A DNA stretch of 62,010 bases, taken from the NCBI GenBank assembly GCA_033853355.1, contig JAWOLP010000003.1, positions 1 to 62,010 of the forward strand, given 5' to 3'. This DNA comes from Candidatus Micrarchaeia archaeon (lineage in GTDB: Archaea > Micrarchaeota > Micrarchaeia > Anstonellales > Bilamarchaeaceae). The notes beneath the pieces were generated by a model. It was not told the DNA's origin, ran no database searches, and was given only the letters and a program-made list of their open reading frames with translations. Positions 8,307-18,600 of the stretch are shown here, piece by piece. Made by a program: the position numbers and the translations under genes. Each line of letters starts with the position of its first letter. Position 1 is the stretch's first letter.

Positions 8307-9269
8307 TCAAGCCACCGACACGACGCCGTCGGATATCGCGATGCGCCTGTCCATGAAGCGGCCGATCACGTGCGCGTTCGTGCGGAGATGCTCGCTGGCC
8401 GAGCTGGTCGAGTACCTGCTCCCGCCCTCCGCGACCGCCGCGTAGAGGAGGAGCTGGTCGGCGAGGTGGACGTCCACGTCGCCCTTCTCGAGCGCCAGCG
8501 CGTCGATCGCCTCCTGGGCCACGGCCTCCGCCCTCTTGCCCTTTTCCCCGAGCGAATACGCCCCCCGGCTCCCTTTCCAGGCCGTGACCGCGTTCCCGGG
8601 CGAAAGGGACTCGTCCTGCCTCACCCGCACGGCCTCGTTGCCGTTCTGGACGAAAACCTTCTTCTCCCTGATCGCTATGCTCTCGGGCAGGCCTGCGAGC
8701 CGTATCACGGCCTCCACCGCCTCCCCGCGGTCCCATCCGGAGCATCCGCGCAGGGCCGCCGGCTTGACAGAGACCGCGATCTCCCCGCCTCCTTTGGGAT
8801 AGAACCCCGCCCTCCGCATGCTGCAGCCGATCTGCGCCCCGAAGCGCCCTGCCGCCGGCACGAACACCCGCTCGAAGTAGTCGTAGCCGGGCGATTTCAT
8901 CACGTGGGTGCCCCCTTTTATCACGAGCTCGCTCTCCTTGGAGGCTTTGAGGAGGATCGGGATCAGCGTCTGCGCGACGAGCGTGACCGAGCCCGCGGTG
9001 CCTATATCGAACTCGTACCTTCCTCCGACGATCGGGCCGGGCTCGAATTCCAGCCTGGCGCTCCCTATCTCGGCTCCCCTCAGCGTGCCGCGGCAGATGC
9101 TGCGGACCGCCTTGCAGGACATGAGATGCTGGGGCTGGAGGCCTGGATTCGGGCGCTTTGCCCTTATGTCCGTTATCGCGACCGCCGTGCCCGTGATTGC
9201 CGAGAGCGTGAGGGCCGTGCGTATTATCTGCCCGCCGCCTTCGCCATGAGAACCGTCTATCTCGATCAC
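8307..9269 (-). CDS. rtcA: RNA 3'-terminal phosphate cyclase
   Basis: IEIDGSHGEGGGQIIRTALTLSAITG...RAKRPNPGLQPQHL...HLADQLLLY are the RtcA family blocks. GTG start. Confidence 0.9.
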   Translation of the reverse strand: MIEIDGSHGEGGGQIIRTALTLSAITGTAVAITDIRAKRPNPGLQPQHLMSCKAVRSICRGTLRGAEIGSARLEFEPGPIVGGRYEFDIGTAGSVTLVAQTLIPILLKASKESELVIKGGTHVMKSPGYDYFERVFVPAAGRFGAQIGCSMRRAGFYPKGGGEIAVSVKPAALRGCSGWDRGEAVEAVIRLAGLPESIAIREKKVFVQNGNEAVRVRQDESLSPGNAVTAWKGSRGAYSLGEKGKRAEAVAQEAIDALALEKGDVDVHLADQLLLYAAVAEGGSRYSTSSASEHLRTNAHVIGRFMDRRIAISDGVVSVA

Positions 9270-9636
9270 GCCATCACCCCTCTCGCGAAGGCGGGCTTTG
9301 AACGGAGTTCAAACAGGCCGTCTTCCCCGTAAGAGCAGTCTATTCCCATGAAGCCCATGCATCGCACCGCCGCTATGTATACGCAAGAACCTGAGTCTAT
9401 ACGGCTGAAGTTTAATGAACTTTTACCCGGAGTAAGACTGGAGGAAAAGTTCGTAAGAAGAAATAGGCCGACGCATCTCTGCGCCGGCAAGGCGACCAGT
9501 TATCCTCCCATGCACTTTCAAAAAGAGCGTGAGTAGATATACCTTACTTCCACAAACTATATAAACTTTGCGTCATTCTGTGTTATTCCGCTGAATTTAC
9601 GGTTTCTTCTTCGTTCTACGACACCAGCCGTGCAAG

Positions 9637-10110
9637 CTAGCCGGCCCCTATCAGCTTGTTGTAGACCTTCACCGCGAGATCCTCCTGCTCGGCCAGCTCG
9701 CCCTTCACGAAGACGCTGCGGGTGGCGTCGATGAATGTCAGGAACTTCTTCCCCTCCTTCTCCTCAAGTGAGAGGTAGCGGCGCTGCACCCATGCAGGGG
9801 CCGGAAGGCCGTGGTCAAAGCAGAACGAAGGCGAATCCTCCTCCTTGGAGGGAAACGGCTGCACGCTCAGCTCATCGAAGAACTCCAGCTTCTCGTTCAT
9901 TCCGCGCAGGAGGCGCGGGGGGAGCCTGAGCATGCGCTGGACAGACGGCTTGAGGGTGAAGCCCGCCTTCTCGGCCTCTTCCAGGGCCTCCTTCCTGCCT
10001 ATGGTCTCCGTCGCCCTCCGCGCCGGAAAGTGCAGCACAGCGTTCCGCTCCCTCTCGCCCTCCTTGTCATGGTTCCCGGCGGAACGCCTCCTCGAGCCTG
10101 CCATGCCCAC
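9637..10110 (-). CDS. Hypothetical protein, paralog of 43897-44364 (left border of the accessory locus)
   Basis: Basic N-terminus. The C-terminal block SVQPFPSKEEDSPSFCFDHGLPAPAWVQRRYLSLEEKEGKKFLTFIDATRSVFVKGEL aligns with SVQPFPYHDSDSPARCADSGSSPPSWVKTWYMAIIDEEGSREIVLFYRPKNVFVKCRL of the other copy. Confidence 0.6.
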   Translation of the reverse strand: MGMAGSRRRSAGNHDKEGERERNAVLHFPARRATETIGRKEALEEAEKAGFTLKPSVQRMLRLPPRLLRGMNEKLEFFDELSVQPFPSKEEDSPSFCFDHGLPAPAWVQRRYLSLEEKEGKKFLTFIDATRSVFVKGELAEQEDLAVKVYNKLIGAG

Positions 10111-10246
10111 ATTCCTCTCCGCAAATTTAAAAAGCGGAGCGAACGGCCATTTTGATCATATAGAAATCCGAATTACGACACCCCAACGGCCTCCCGGGGA
10201 AAACCAAACTTTAAATCCTGGGAGGCAGAAATCAACCCTGGTCTCT

Positions 10247-10885
10247 ATGCCGTCGAAAAATAAAAAAAGCGGAGAGGGGAAAAGGAAAGGCCAAACGCGG
10301 CCTTCCGCGCCCCGTATTAAAAAAGGTTCGCAGCAAAGGAAGACCATGCTCGAGAGGAAGGAAGGCGTCGTGATCCCGATCTCCAGGGCGAGGCAGGATC
10401 GCGGCTTCCGGGGAAAAGGGGAGCTGAACGAGCCACGGAGCGAGATCCCGAAGGAAACATGTTTCGCCGTCCTCGAATCCGAAAGCAGGGCGCAGCTGGG
10501 CGATTCCCTGAAGTCGCTTATGAACGTGCCGGCAAGGCTCTACGCGGTGCCTGCCGACGGCGCGGTCTCTTACTCGTCCGAACCGGAGAGGAGCATCGCG
10601 AAGATGGCGGGAGCGATCCTGCGCGGATTCCCGCTTCCGACGTCCCTGCCCGACTACGGCATCCACCTCTCAGTCCAGGGGAGCAGCCTATTCTGCACGC
10701 TCGTCGACCGGTCACGGAAGATAATCGTCCAGGCGGAGGTCAGCAGCCAGTATTCGGATTCCGGCTCCTGGAGCTCTTTCGAGTACGCCGTGAGGGACGC
10801 TGTGACGCAGGCCGAATCCATGCAGGCCCGGTCTGCGACTTTCGGCTACGTGATAAACAAGGGCGGCATAATCACGGTCGTCTGA
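10247..10885 (+). CDS. Hypothetical protein
   Basis: Only the 3' two-thirds of track ORF 9845-10885 is non-overlapping. The ATG at 10247 lies about 30 nt after a TATA-like CTTTAAATCC; an alternative ATG lies at 10346 (MLERKEGVV). No family recognised. Confidence 0.5.
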   Translation: MPSKNKKSGEGKRKGQTRPSAPRIKKGSQQRKTMLERKEGVVIPISRARQDRGFRGKGELNEPRSEIPKETCFAVLESESRAQLGDSLKSLMNVPARLYAVPADGAVSYSSEPERSIAKMAGAILRGFPLPTSLPDYGIHLSVQGSSLFCTLVDRSRKIIVQAEVSSQYSDSGSWSSFEYAVRDAVTQAESMQARSATFGYVINKGGIITVV

Positions 10886-10945
10886 ACCTTTCCGCCGTCG
10901 GAAGGCGCATCAACGGTTTTAAAGCGTGCCGTACATACTTATGAC

Positions 10946-11497
10946 ATGGCGAGAGACAGCTCGGGACGCGACAAGCTCACTATGGTCGTCAGGCAGCCGC
11001 TCGGCCCTTCGCCGGCGCCGCAGGCGAGGAACAACAAGCAGCCGCTTCCGGATTCGAATGTCAGGAAGCTGAGCCCCCAGGAAGTGCTTTCGAGCATCAG
11101 GGATTTCGCGTCGGGCTGGAACGACCGGGCGAGGGATGCCCTCGGCGTGAACTCGGATCTCAATTACATGCGCAACGACATCGCGGGCACGGTCATGTTC
11201 TCCAAGGAGAAGGATTTCGGCATCACCGGTGTCATGGCCGACATGGAGCACGGCCGCATATCCCGCCCATCGACAGAATACGGGATGCTCTTCTATTCCA
11301 ATGGCACTGGGGAATATATGGTGCTCGCGGACATGAGCCGCCGGATCGTGGTGAGGGAGCAGATAGTCAACTACCACGACAAGCCCCTCAAGAAGGACTG
11401 GGGGATCGTGGTGGAAGCCATCGACCGCGCCGAGAAGATGGCCAAGGCGAACCCGGGCAAAGTGGCAGTCTCCGACGGCTCGGTATTCCTCGTCTGA
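10946..11497 (+). CDS. Hypothetical protein
   Basis: 183-aa ORF with ordinary amino-acid composition. No family recognised. Confidence 0.55.
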   Translation: MARDSSGRDKLTMVVRQPLGPSPAPQARNNKQPLPDSNVRKLSPQEVLSSIRDFASGWNDRARDALGVNSDLNYMRNDIAGTVMFSKEKDFGITGVMADMEHGRISRPSTEYGMLFYSNGTGEYMVLADMSRRIVVREQIVNYHDKPLKKDWGIVVEAIDRAEKMAKANPGKVAVSDGSVFLV

Positions 11498-11599
11498 GCC
11501 GGCGCAGGCCCGCGGGTGTGGCGGCCCGACCCTCATTGTTATTTTCAGTGATAATTAATGTTTATAAATCGTTCCATACACTATTTTGGATAGAACACC

Positions 11600-12322
11600 A
11601 TGGCCACACCGACCCATCGCTCCACGGCCCAGCTAGGGAGTCTGAAAGACGAGCGGAGCTTCCGGGCGGCCCTGATCTCGCTCGCTAAAAACGGGGATCC
11701 GACTCTGATATCCGAACTCTCCGAGAACCGGGCCATGATGGACACGCGGGACTCCCACAAGAAGACCCTGCTCATGATGGCCTCAGAGCGGGGCCATCTC
11801 GCCCTGGCCGGCTCCCTCCTCTCGATCGGCGCCGATCCGCGCGCGCTCGATGATCACCGCAACTCCGCCCTCATCCTCGCATCATTCGGCGGCCACGGCG
11901 ATGTGGCCAAGCTCCTCGCTCCCGTGTCGGAGATGGCCCAAAGAAACGGCTTCGGCTGGAACGGCCTGATGGGGGCGGCGGTCTCCGGTGACGTGGACCT
12001 GATCTCGTTCCTGGTCGCCAGGGGCGCAGATCCGAAAGATGCCGACGCTGGCGGAAGGACCCCGCTGATGAAAGCGGTGCGCTACAACCGGCTCGATGCC
12101 GTAAGGTTCCTGGCCCCGATCTCGCCGATAGACGCGGCCGACGTCGATGGCGACACCGCACTGCTCAAAGCCTGCCGCTACGGCCTTGCAGAGATAGCCC
12201 GCGTATTGAGGCTCCACGGGGCCGACCCTCTGGCGGAGGATCTCCGCGGCGAGAGCTGCATAAAGAAAGCCAGGAAACACGGCTTCCTCGAGCTCGCCGA
12301 GAGCCTGCTAAAGCCCCTTTAA
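11600..12322 (+). CDS. Ankyrin-repeat protein
   Basis: About 5-6 tandem ~33-aa ankyrin repeats, for example KKTLLMMASERGHLALAGSLLSIGADP, RNSALILASFGGHGDVAKLL, GRTPLMKAVRYNRLDAVRFL and GDTALLKACRYGLAEIARVLRLHGADP. Confidence 0.8.
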   Translation: MATPTHRSTAQLGSLKDERSFRAALISLAKNGDPTLISELSENRAMMDTRDSHKKTLLMMASERGHLALAGSLLSIGADPRALDDHRNSALILASFGGHGDVAKLLAPVSEMAQRNGFGWNGLMGAAVSGDVDLISFLVARGADPKDADAGGRTPLMKAVRYNRLDAVRFLAPISPIDAADVDGDTALLKACRYGLAEIARVLRLHGADPLAEDLRGESCIKKARKHGFLELAESLLKPL

Positions 12323-12673
12323 TGATTCCCGCACCGCCTTCACGAGTTCAGAATCCTGGCCGAAACGGAAGAAATCCACTTTCACTTTCTCCCCGTCCTT
12401 ATAGCTCACCCTGATCCTTCCATCCTGGGTGCTGATGCTCCATGTCCTGCCGCTGTGGCCGACCGAGAATCCTGCAACCGCGTCGGGATATTCCGCCAAT
12501 GCCTTCGAGTTGACCTTTTCGGCGATCGCCTGAGCCGCATCAACCTTGGCCTGCGGCCCGCCTTTTATCGGCGAGAGGTCTATCTCCATCGAAAATGTGG
12601 GCTTCAGCTTCTCCAATTCCTTCCGGATGTCCGGAGACGCCGTCCCCTCCGGCTTGCGCTCTTTCCTTTTCAT
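12308..12673 (-). CDS. Small hypothetical protein directly downstream of giant ORF 1
   Basis: 121 aa, starting 11 nt after the giant ORF stop on the same strand, so probably co-transcribed. It overlaps the convergent ankyrin gene by 15 nt. Confidence 0.6.
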   Translation of the reverse strand: MKRKERKPEGTASPDIRKELEKLKPTFSMEIDLSPIKGGPQAKVDAAQAIAEKVNSKALAEYPDAVAGFSVGHSGRTWSISTQDGRIRVSYKDGEKVKVDFFRFGQDSELVKAVRESLKGL

Positions 12674-12684
12674 TCACACCACTC

Positions 12685-15600
12685 TCATTGGGGATTACCC
12701 TGTATCGCCTGGTTCCTTAGCATGAGGAAATACATAAGGGAATCCCTCATGCGGACCCCGCCGTGCGTATCCAGCCTTCCGTAATCCTGGTTGTTCCGTA
12801 TGAAGCTGTTGTTCGCCCCTGCGCTCTCTACGTTGTCTATGAGCTGCTGCGGGGTGTTGTAGTTGGGCAGGAACTCGTAGCCGCTCGCCACGTGGAAGTA
12901 TTGTATGTCCACATGGACCCGCTCGCCGTAAACCGATTCGAGAAGGGCTTTTGTGAACGGCAGGAGCGTCCTCGAGCTCGAGTCCACCAGCACTCCGTCG
13001 AAGACGACGGGCGAGCCGGGGTTTATCACGCCAGACCTCTCCAGATAGCCGAGCATCTGCGTGCATGCGGCATCGAATTGCGGATCGCTAGCCCTCCTCG
13101 CCACTATCTGCCGCACAAGGCTGGCATTGAAGCTCGCGAACCGATCCCCGCTGGCTGACGCGCTCTCTTGCCTGGCCGTCTCCACCATCCCTCCCACGGT
13201 GCGGTCGAAGAACGCGGTCGCTTCCACAGGATCCACACGCCCTGCGGCGGTCCTTCCGACGCCGGCCTGCCCGAACGCCACCCGGTTCAGCAGCACCCCC
13301 CTGGGCGGGTCTATCCCCAGCGCCTGCGAAAGGACGGCGTCGGCGGCCATGAACCCTCCGCCATCGCGCCAGAGATATACACGGTTCCTGCCGCTGTTGT
13401 CATGGACGACAGCCTCCGCCATCCGGACGACCTGGCCGGCGAGATCCTGCATCCTCACGTCTCCGACCCTCATGGCCGTGATGTCGACCGCCCCGACACC
13501 GAGCTGCTCGGAGATCCTGTTCGCGATGAATTGCATCTGGGCATCAGTCAGCCTAGTGTTCGGCGCGGACCTGACGAAGTCCATGACCGAGGCCAGCAGC
13601 GCACCGGAATCGTTGATGTCGCCGAACCTCCCGAAGTTCGTGCGTAGCTGCTGGGGGATGGCGCTCTCGATGTGCTGCCTGTACTCCTCTATCGTCCTAT
13701 ACTGGCTCTGAGCGTTGAACTCGTTCTCCAGGACGCGGTTGTATATGCCATCCCTGTACGCCGCGTACCTCTGGGCCAGGACGAACGATAGCACCCCCGA
13801 CTCGCTCGTCCTTACCGCCCTCGTCCCAAAGACCGGGTCGGTGACTTCCCATAGCATCGCGTCGTTCAGGCGGTAGACCCTTCCCGGGGCGCTCTCGTCC
13901 CTGACGACGAGCCTGCCGCCCTCCTCGACGGTTATCTCGGACAGCCTCTGATCGTAATAGTTGACCCGGCGCAGGTCCCTCAGCCCCGCGTCCCGCGCCC
14001 TCTCAAGGGTGCTGCCCGGCGCGACGGCCGGCTCGGGACCCATCCTCAGCTCCATGTCGAGCAGCTCGTTCGATACCCGTCCGGCAGCCGCGCGAAGCTT
14101 GGACTCCTGCGTGAGGAAATTCGGGTTCCTCCTGAACTGCTCTATCTGGCCCCGGACCACCCTCGGGAGCAGGTTGAACCTCTCGACCGCCGCCGGGTCG
14201 TTGGCTATGAGCCTACGGGCGAAATCCGCGATGCCTTCCGGCTCCTCGAGGTTCAGCGTCCGCCGGGCCATGTTCAGCACGGCTTCCCTCCCCTGCTGCG
14301 ATCCAAGCACCATCTCCCGCGCTGATGCGAGGTCTGCCGGCGCGATCCCCGCGTTGCGCTGGAGGTACGCGTCCAGCTCGGCCATGCCGCCCGGCCTCCC
14401 GATCATCGGGATGATGTCGGCGTAATGCGGCTCTATCACCGCCTGCATCCTCAAGGCCGGGTCCGCGATGAGGGCATCGAACCGGCTCCTCATCGCCTCC
14501 GGCATGATCTCGCGAAGGGCCACCGCCTGCGGGTCCCCTCTCACCACCGCGCGGGCGAACGCCGAGACATCCTCCTCGCTAGTTATCCGCAGCTGCCTGC
14601 CCTCTATCGTCACGCCCTCCTCCATGGTGGCCGCCACGATCTGCTGCTGCTGCTCGGGAGGGAGGCTATTGAAGCGCGCACGCGCGATCTCATCCCCTGC
14701 AATGATGCGGCGACCGATCTCCACCTGGCCGCCGCGGTCGAGCGTTATCTCGTTGGCCGCCCTGCCTTCCATCCCACTTACGTGGAGGACCTGTGGCGCC
14801 CCGCCGCCACCGGACGACCTGATCCTGATGCTTCCGTCATCCCTCATCACGGGGCCGTCGATGACGCTCCTCTCCACATGCCTCCGGAACGGCCCGCCAG
14901 GATCGAAGAAGTTGCTCCCCATGGCCCTCGCAGGCTCCATGCCTTCCTGGGGCTGCGCCGGTTGCCCGACCTCTCTCCCTACGACGCGGAGAGGCGGCTG
15001 CTGCTGGGGGATGCCCATGTTCGCGGCCTCCGCCTGCTGCGTGGGGAGGATCTGGTCCACCGCGCCATTGATCTCCATCCGCGCCCCCTCCACCTGCGCA
15101 TAGCCTGGGCCGCGGATGCCCTGCTCCCTCCTTTCGCCGAGGTACCTGTTGAGCGCTTCCGGAGTCTGGGCGTTGTTGCGGAACCTCCTGCTGCCGGCCA
15201 GCCTGTTCACCGCGTCCCTCACGGGTTGGGGCAGCATGGCGAGCTGGTCAGTCGCCTCCTGGTCCCTGACCGCCCCGGATTCGGTTGGCATGACCCTCCT
15301 CGCGAACTGGGCCAGCCCGTTCACGTCGCCGAGCCGGAGGCTTATGGCCAGATCGGCCCCGACCATGTCTTTCTCCTGCTGCGTCGGAAGGGAGTTGAAG
15401 CGATTTACGGCCTGGCGCCTCACCTCAGGATCGGTGCTCGCGAGCCTCGAGGCGAGCTCGCCCCTCTGCTCCGGGACATTCATGTCGAGCCTCGGCGTCG
15501 GTATCTGCGAGATGTTGACCGGCACCACCGGCGTGACATCCTCGGGCCCGAGGCGCGGGCCGGGCCCTCCGCCTCCGGGCGGGCGGCCTCCTCCTCCGCC

Positions 15601-18600
15601 TCCCCTTCCGCCGCCCTCCATCACCTGAAGCCCTACCAGGTCGCCTAAGTCGGCCAGGCGGGGCATCGGTTCGGTCACCGCTGTGATCCTTCCGGTCTGG
15701 CGGTCTATCGTGAGCGTGAACTCGACGGCATTCGCGCGCCGCTCCGGCGGCACTTCGCCCTCGCCGACCTGCACGACCCGCCCATTCGTGCGGTCGTAAT
15801 ATCCGCGGACCTCGAGCGGGCCGGTCCCGATGGCGTTGATGTTCTCGAGGCCCTTGATTATCCCGACTGCGTTCCCGACGGCCAGCTCGAAAGGCTCCCT
15901 CTCTCCGGTGAAATGGCCCCTGACGTATCCCCTCTGCCGGTCGTTGAGCGGCGCGGCCGTCAGCGCGCTCTCATAGGTCTGCGCGCTCATCGGATGGATC
16001 AGGTCGGAACCATGCACCTCTATCCGCCCCGGCGACGCGACAGGCGGAGCCCCTCCCATCCTGATAGTCCCTCCAGGGCCGCCTTGCGGCGGAACCGGCT
16101 GGGCTTGCCCAGGCGTGCCAGGGATCTCGCCAGGCGGAGGAGGCGGCGCGGAAGCACGGTTGATATTGCCCTGGCTGACATGCGGCTGCGGGTCGACTGG
16201 ATGGGGAGCGGCGACCGCATCGGCGGGAGCAGCCGGGTGCAGGTTCCCAGGCGCGGGCTGCGGCGGCGGGTTGTTCGGGCGGACGGCGTTCTCGCGGTCG
16301 AGTATCCATCCCCCTATCTCGACGAACTGGTTGTTCATGAACCCCTGCCCCGCGTGCATGAGGCCGTTGAAGACGGGCACCGGGCCGACCGCTGTCGAAT
16401 TTATCCCGGTCAGCTCGCTGAAGCCAGGATCCCCTCTGAGGATGCCGAGAGTGAAGACCTCTGGGGGCAGTTCCGTGCGGTTGGCGGCGAAAGTCGATGG
16501 AGGTATGTCCCTGCGCGCCCTGATCAGGGGGACGCCGGCCTCCTGAAGCTGGACGGCGAGAGGATCGTTCGCGGCGATGACGCCGACCCTCTTCACGACC
16601 GCCCCTCCCGCGCCTGTGTAATCTATCACCCCGACCCTCGGCCCGGCCTCCGGCGGGAGAGCTGCGACGATCTCCGGCGTGACCTGGAAGACCAGCATCT
16701 CCTCTCCGGGCCTGAACATGTTCAGGATCCCAGGATGGATGTTCGCGAGGTTGCTGCCGTAGGAGATCTCGTACGAAGGCCTGTTCTCGGAGCGTCCGTC
16801 ATCATAGATGACGAAGCTGATGGGGTCGCCTGACTGGGGCGAGTTGAACTGCGCTGCCCCGCCCGGGCTCCTGATCATCCCTATCTCGACTGGGCCGAGG
16901 GGGTACCCCATGCCCATGGGCTCTCCTGCGTGGGAGTTGAAGCGCCTCGTAATGTCGGCGCGGTATGTGGCATTGTTCCCGAATTCTGTCCAGAACCTCC
17001 GCCCGCCGGCCGCCATCCCGCCGTTGAAATCGCCGGTTATGCTTATGGCGCCGTGGGGATCCCTGCTGATCTGGACGTTCCCGAAGGCCTCGTGGACGAG
17101 GTCGGGGACGCTACGGCCGGTGACATGGCTGAGGACGTCGAACATCCTGTGGAGGTCGGTGTTCCCGAACCTGTGGTTCATGTTCCCGAACCAGTAGTTG
17201 CCGCCGATCTCCTGGGCCATGTACACGCCGGCCGCGTCGGTATCGATTCCGCCGACAGTCGGGTTCTCTATCCTGAGCGTGCCGTCAGGATCGCGGACTA
17301 CGTTGGTCCCCTCTCTCCTCATCTGGGCGATCTGTGCGTCGCTGAGGGGCTGGGTGATCTCGAGATCCATGACACGGAGGTTTATCTCATGGCGGTCCCA
17401 CAGCCCTATCGCGTACGAGCCGGTGAGCGTGAAGCCGAGCTCCTCCCAGAATCTCGCCCTCACCGCCTGGTCCGGCGATGTGAGAGTCCCCATCACCCTC
17501 TCGTAGAGCTGTATCTGCTGTGGAGTGAACCTGTCGATCATCTGCTGGGCCTGCGCCCTTTCCGCCTCGTTCGTGGAGGTCCTCAGCGTCTCGTATGCGC
17601 TGCGGAGCTCGAGGACCTGCCGGATGCCCATCTCGGCCCTCGCCCTCACCTCGATGTCTAGGTTCCCCCTCCTTATAGTCCCCCTGAAGTCGCCCATGCT
17701 CTCGAGGATGCCGTATCGCGTGCCCGTGCCGTCGGCCATCGTGTAGCGCATGTCGCCTTCCGCCGTGGCTGTGTGGATCTCGGGCGCAGGTATGCCGGTC
17801 GCGCGCGAGTATTCGGCTCCTGCGGCATCGGGCAGCAGGTTCTGCCTCTTCACGTAAAGCGTCCGCATCTCGGTCACGTTCTCGCGCACCCCGCCCGGCC
17901 GCTCGACCTGCCTCGTTACCTCGACCCTCACCTCGTATGCTCCTACCGCGCCGTTATGGAACTCGATAGAGTGTATCCGGCCCACGGCGTTCTCCCCGGG
18001 CGGATACATGCCGCGGATTATGTCCGCGACGTGCCCGGGCATGTCGCCGGACAACAGCATGCCGAAAAGGAAGTGGTCGTCCTCGGGCCTGTTGAAGCCG
18101 CGGTAGGGCTCCGATACCCAGCTGCGGTCCGGCATGTTCGCCCAGGCGAAGGGCTCGAGCTCTATGCCCAGCCGCCGGGCCAGCGCCCCGCGCGCCTCCT
18201 GGATGTTATTGGCGTTCGCATAAATCTGCGTGAGCTCGTTCCTTCCGATGCCATAGATCCTGCCTATGGCATCGCCCACGGGCCCGCGCGAGAGGCTGCC
18301 GAGTTCGTTCAGGTACGTGGCGCCTTCATGCAGGCCGCGCCTATGGAGCTCCCCTACGACCGCCTCCTGCTGCTCGGGTTGCAGCCTCGAAAACTCCTGG
18401 GCGACTATGTCGAGGTGGTTTGCGTCCATCGTGCTGAAATGGTCTATTATCATCCTGCCTGCCAGCGCGCCCGCGCGGTTCTCCAGTCCCTGGCTGCGCA
18501 TCTGCGCCAGGGTCTCCTGCTGCCTCTCGATCGGCATCCTGGCGAAATCCTCCTGCGCCTGCCGCACGCGGGCCGGGTTGCCGCTCCTGTACGCTTCCAC

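Noticed and set aside
7106-8745. ORFs 7106-8044 (-, 312 aa) and 7438-8280 (+, 280 aa), and the N-terminal 159 aa of 7603-8745 (-).
   Set aside because: They have Arg/Gly/Pro-rich composition and overlap better-supported genes (the membrane-anchored protein, the HAD hydrolase and rtcA). The HAD DxDxT motif lies right after the internal ATG at 8268.
9348-9536. 62-aa ORF in the rtcA-proximal spacer.
   Set aside because: It is short, has no recognisable motif, and lacks a convincing TATA or Shine-Dalgarno element at an appropriate distance. I left it unannotated.
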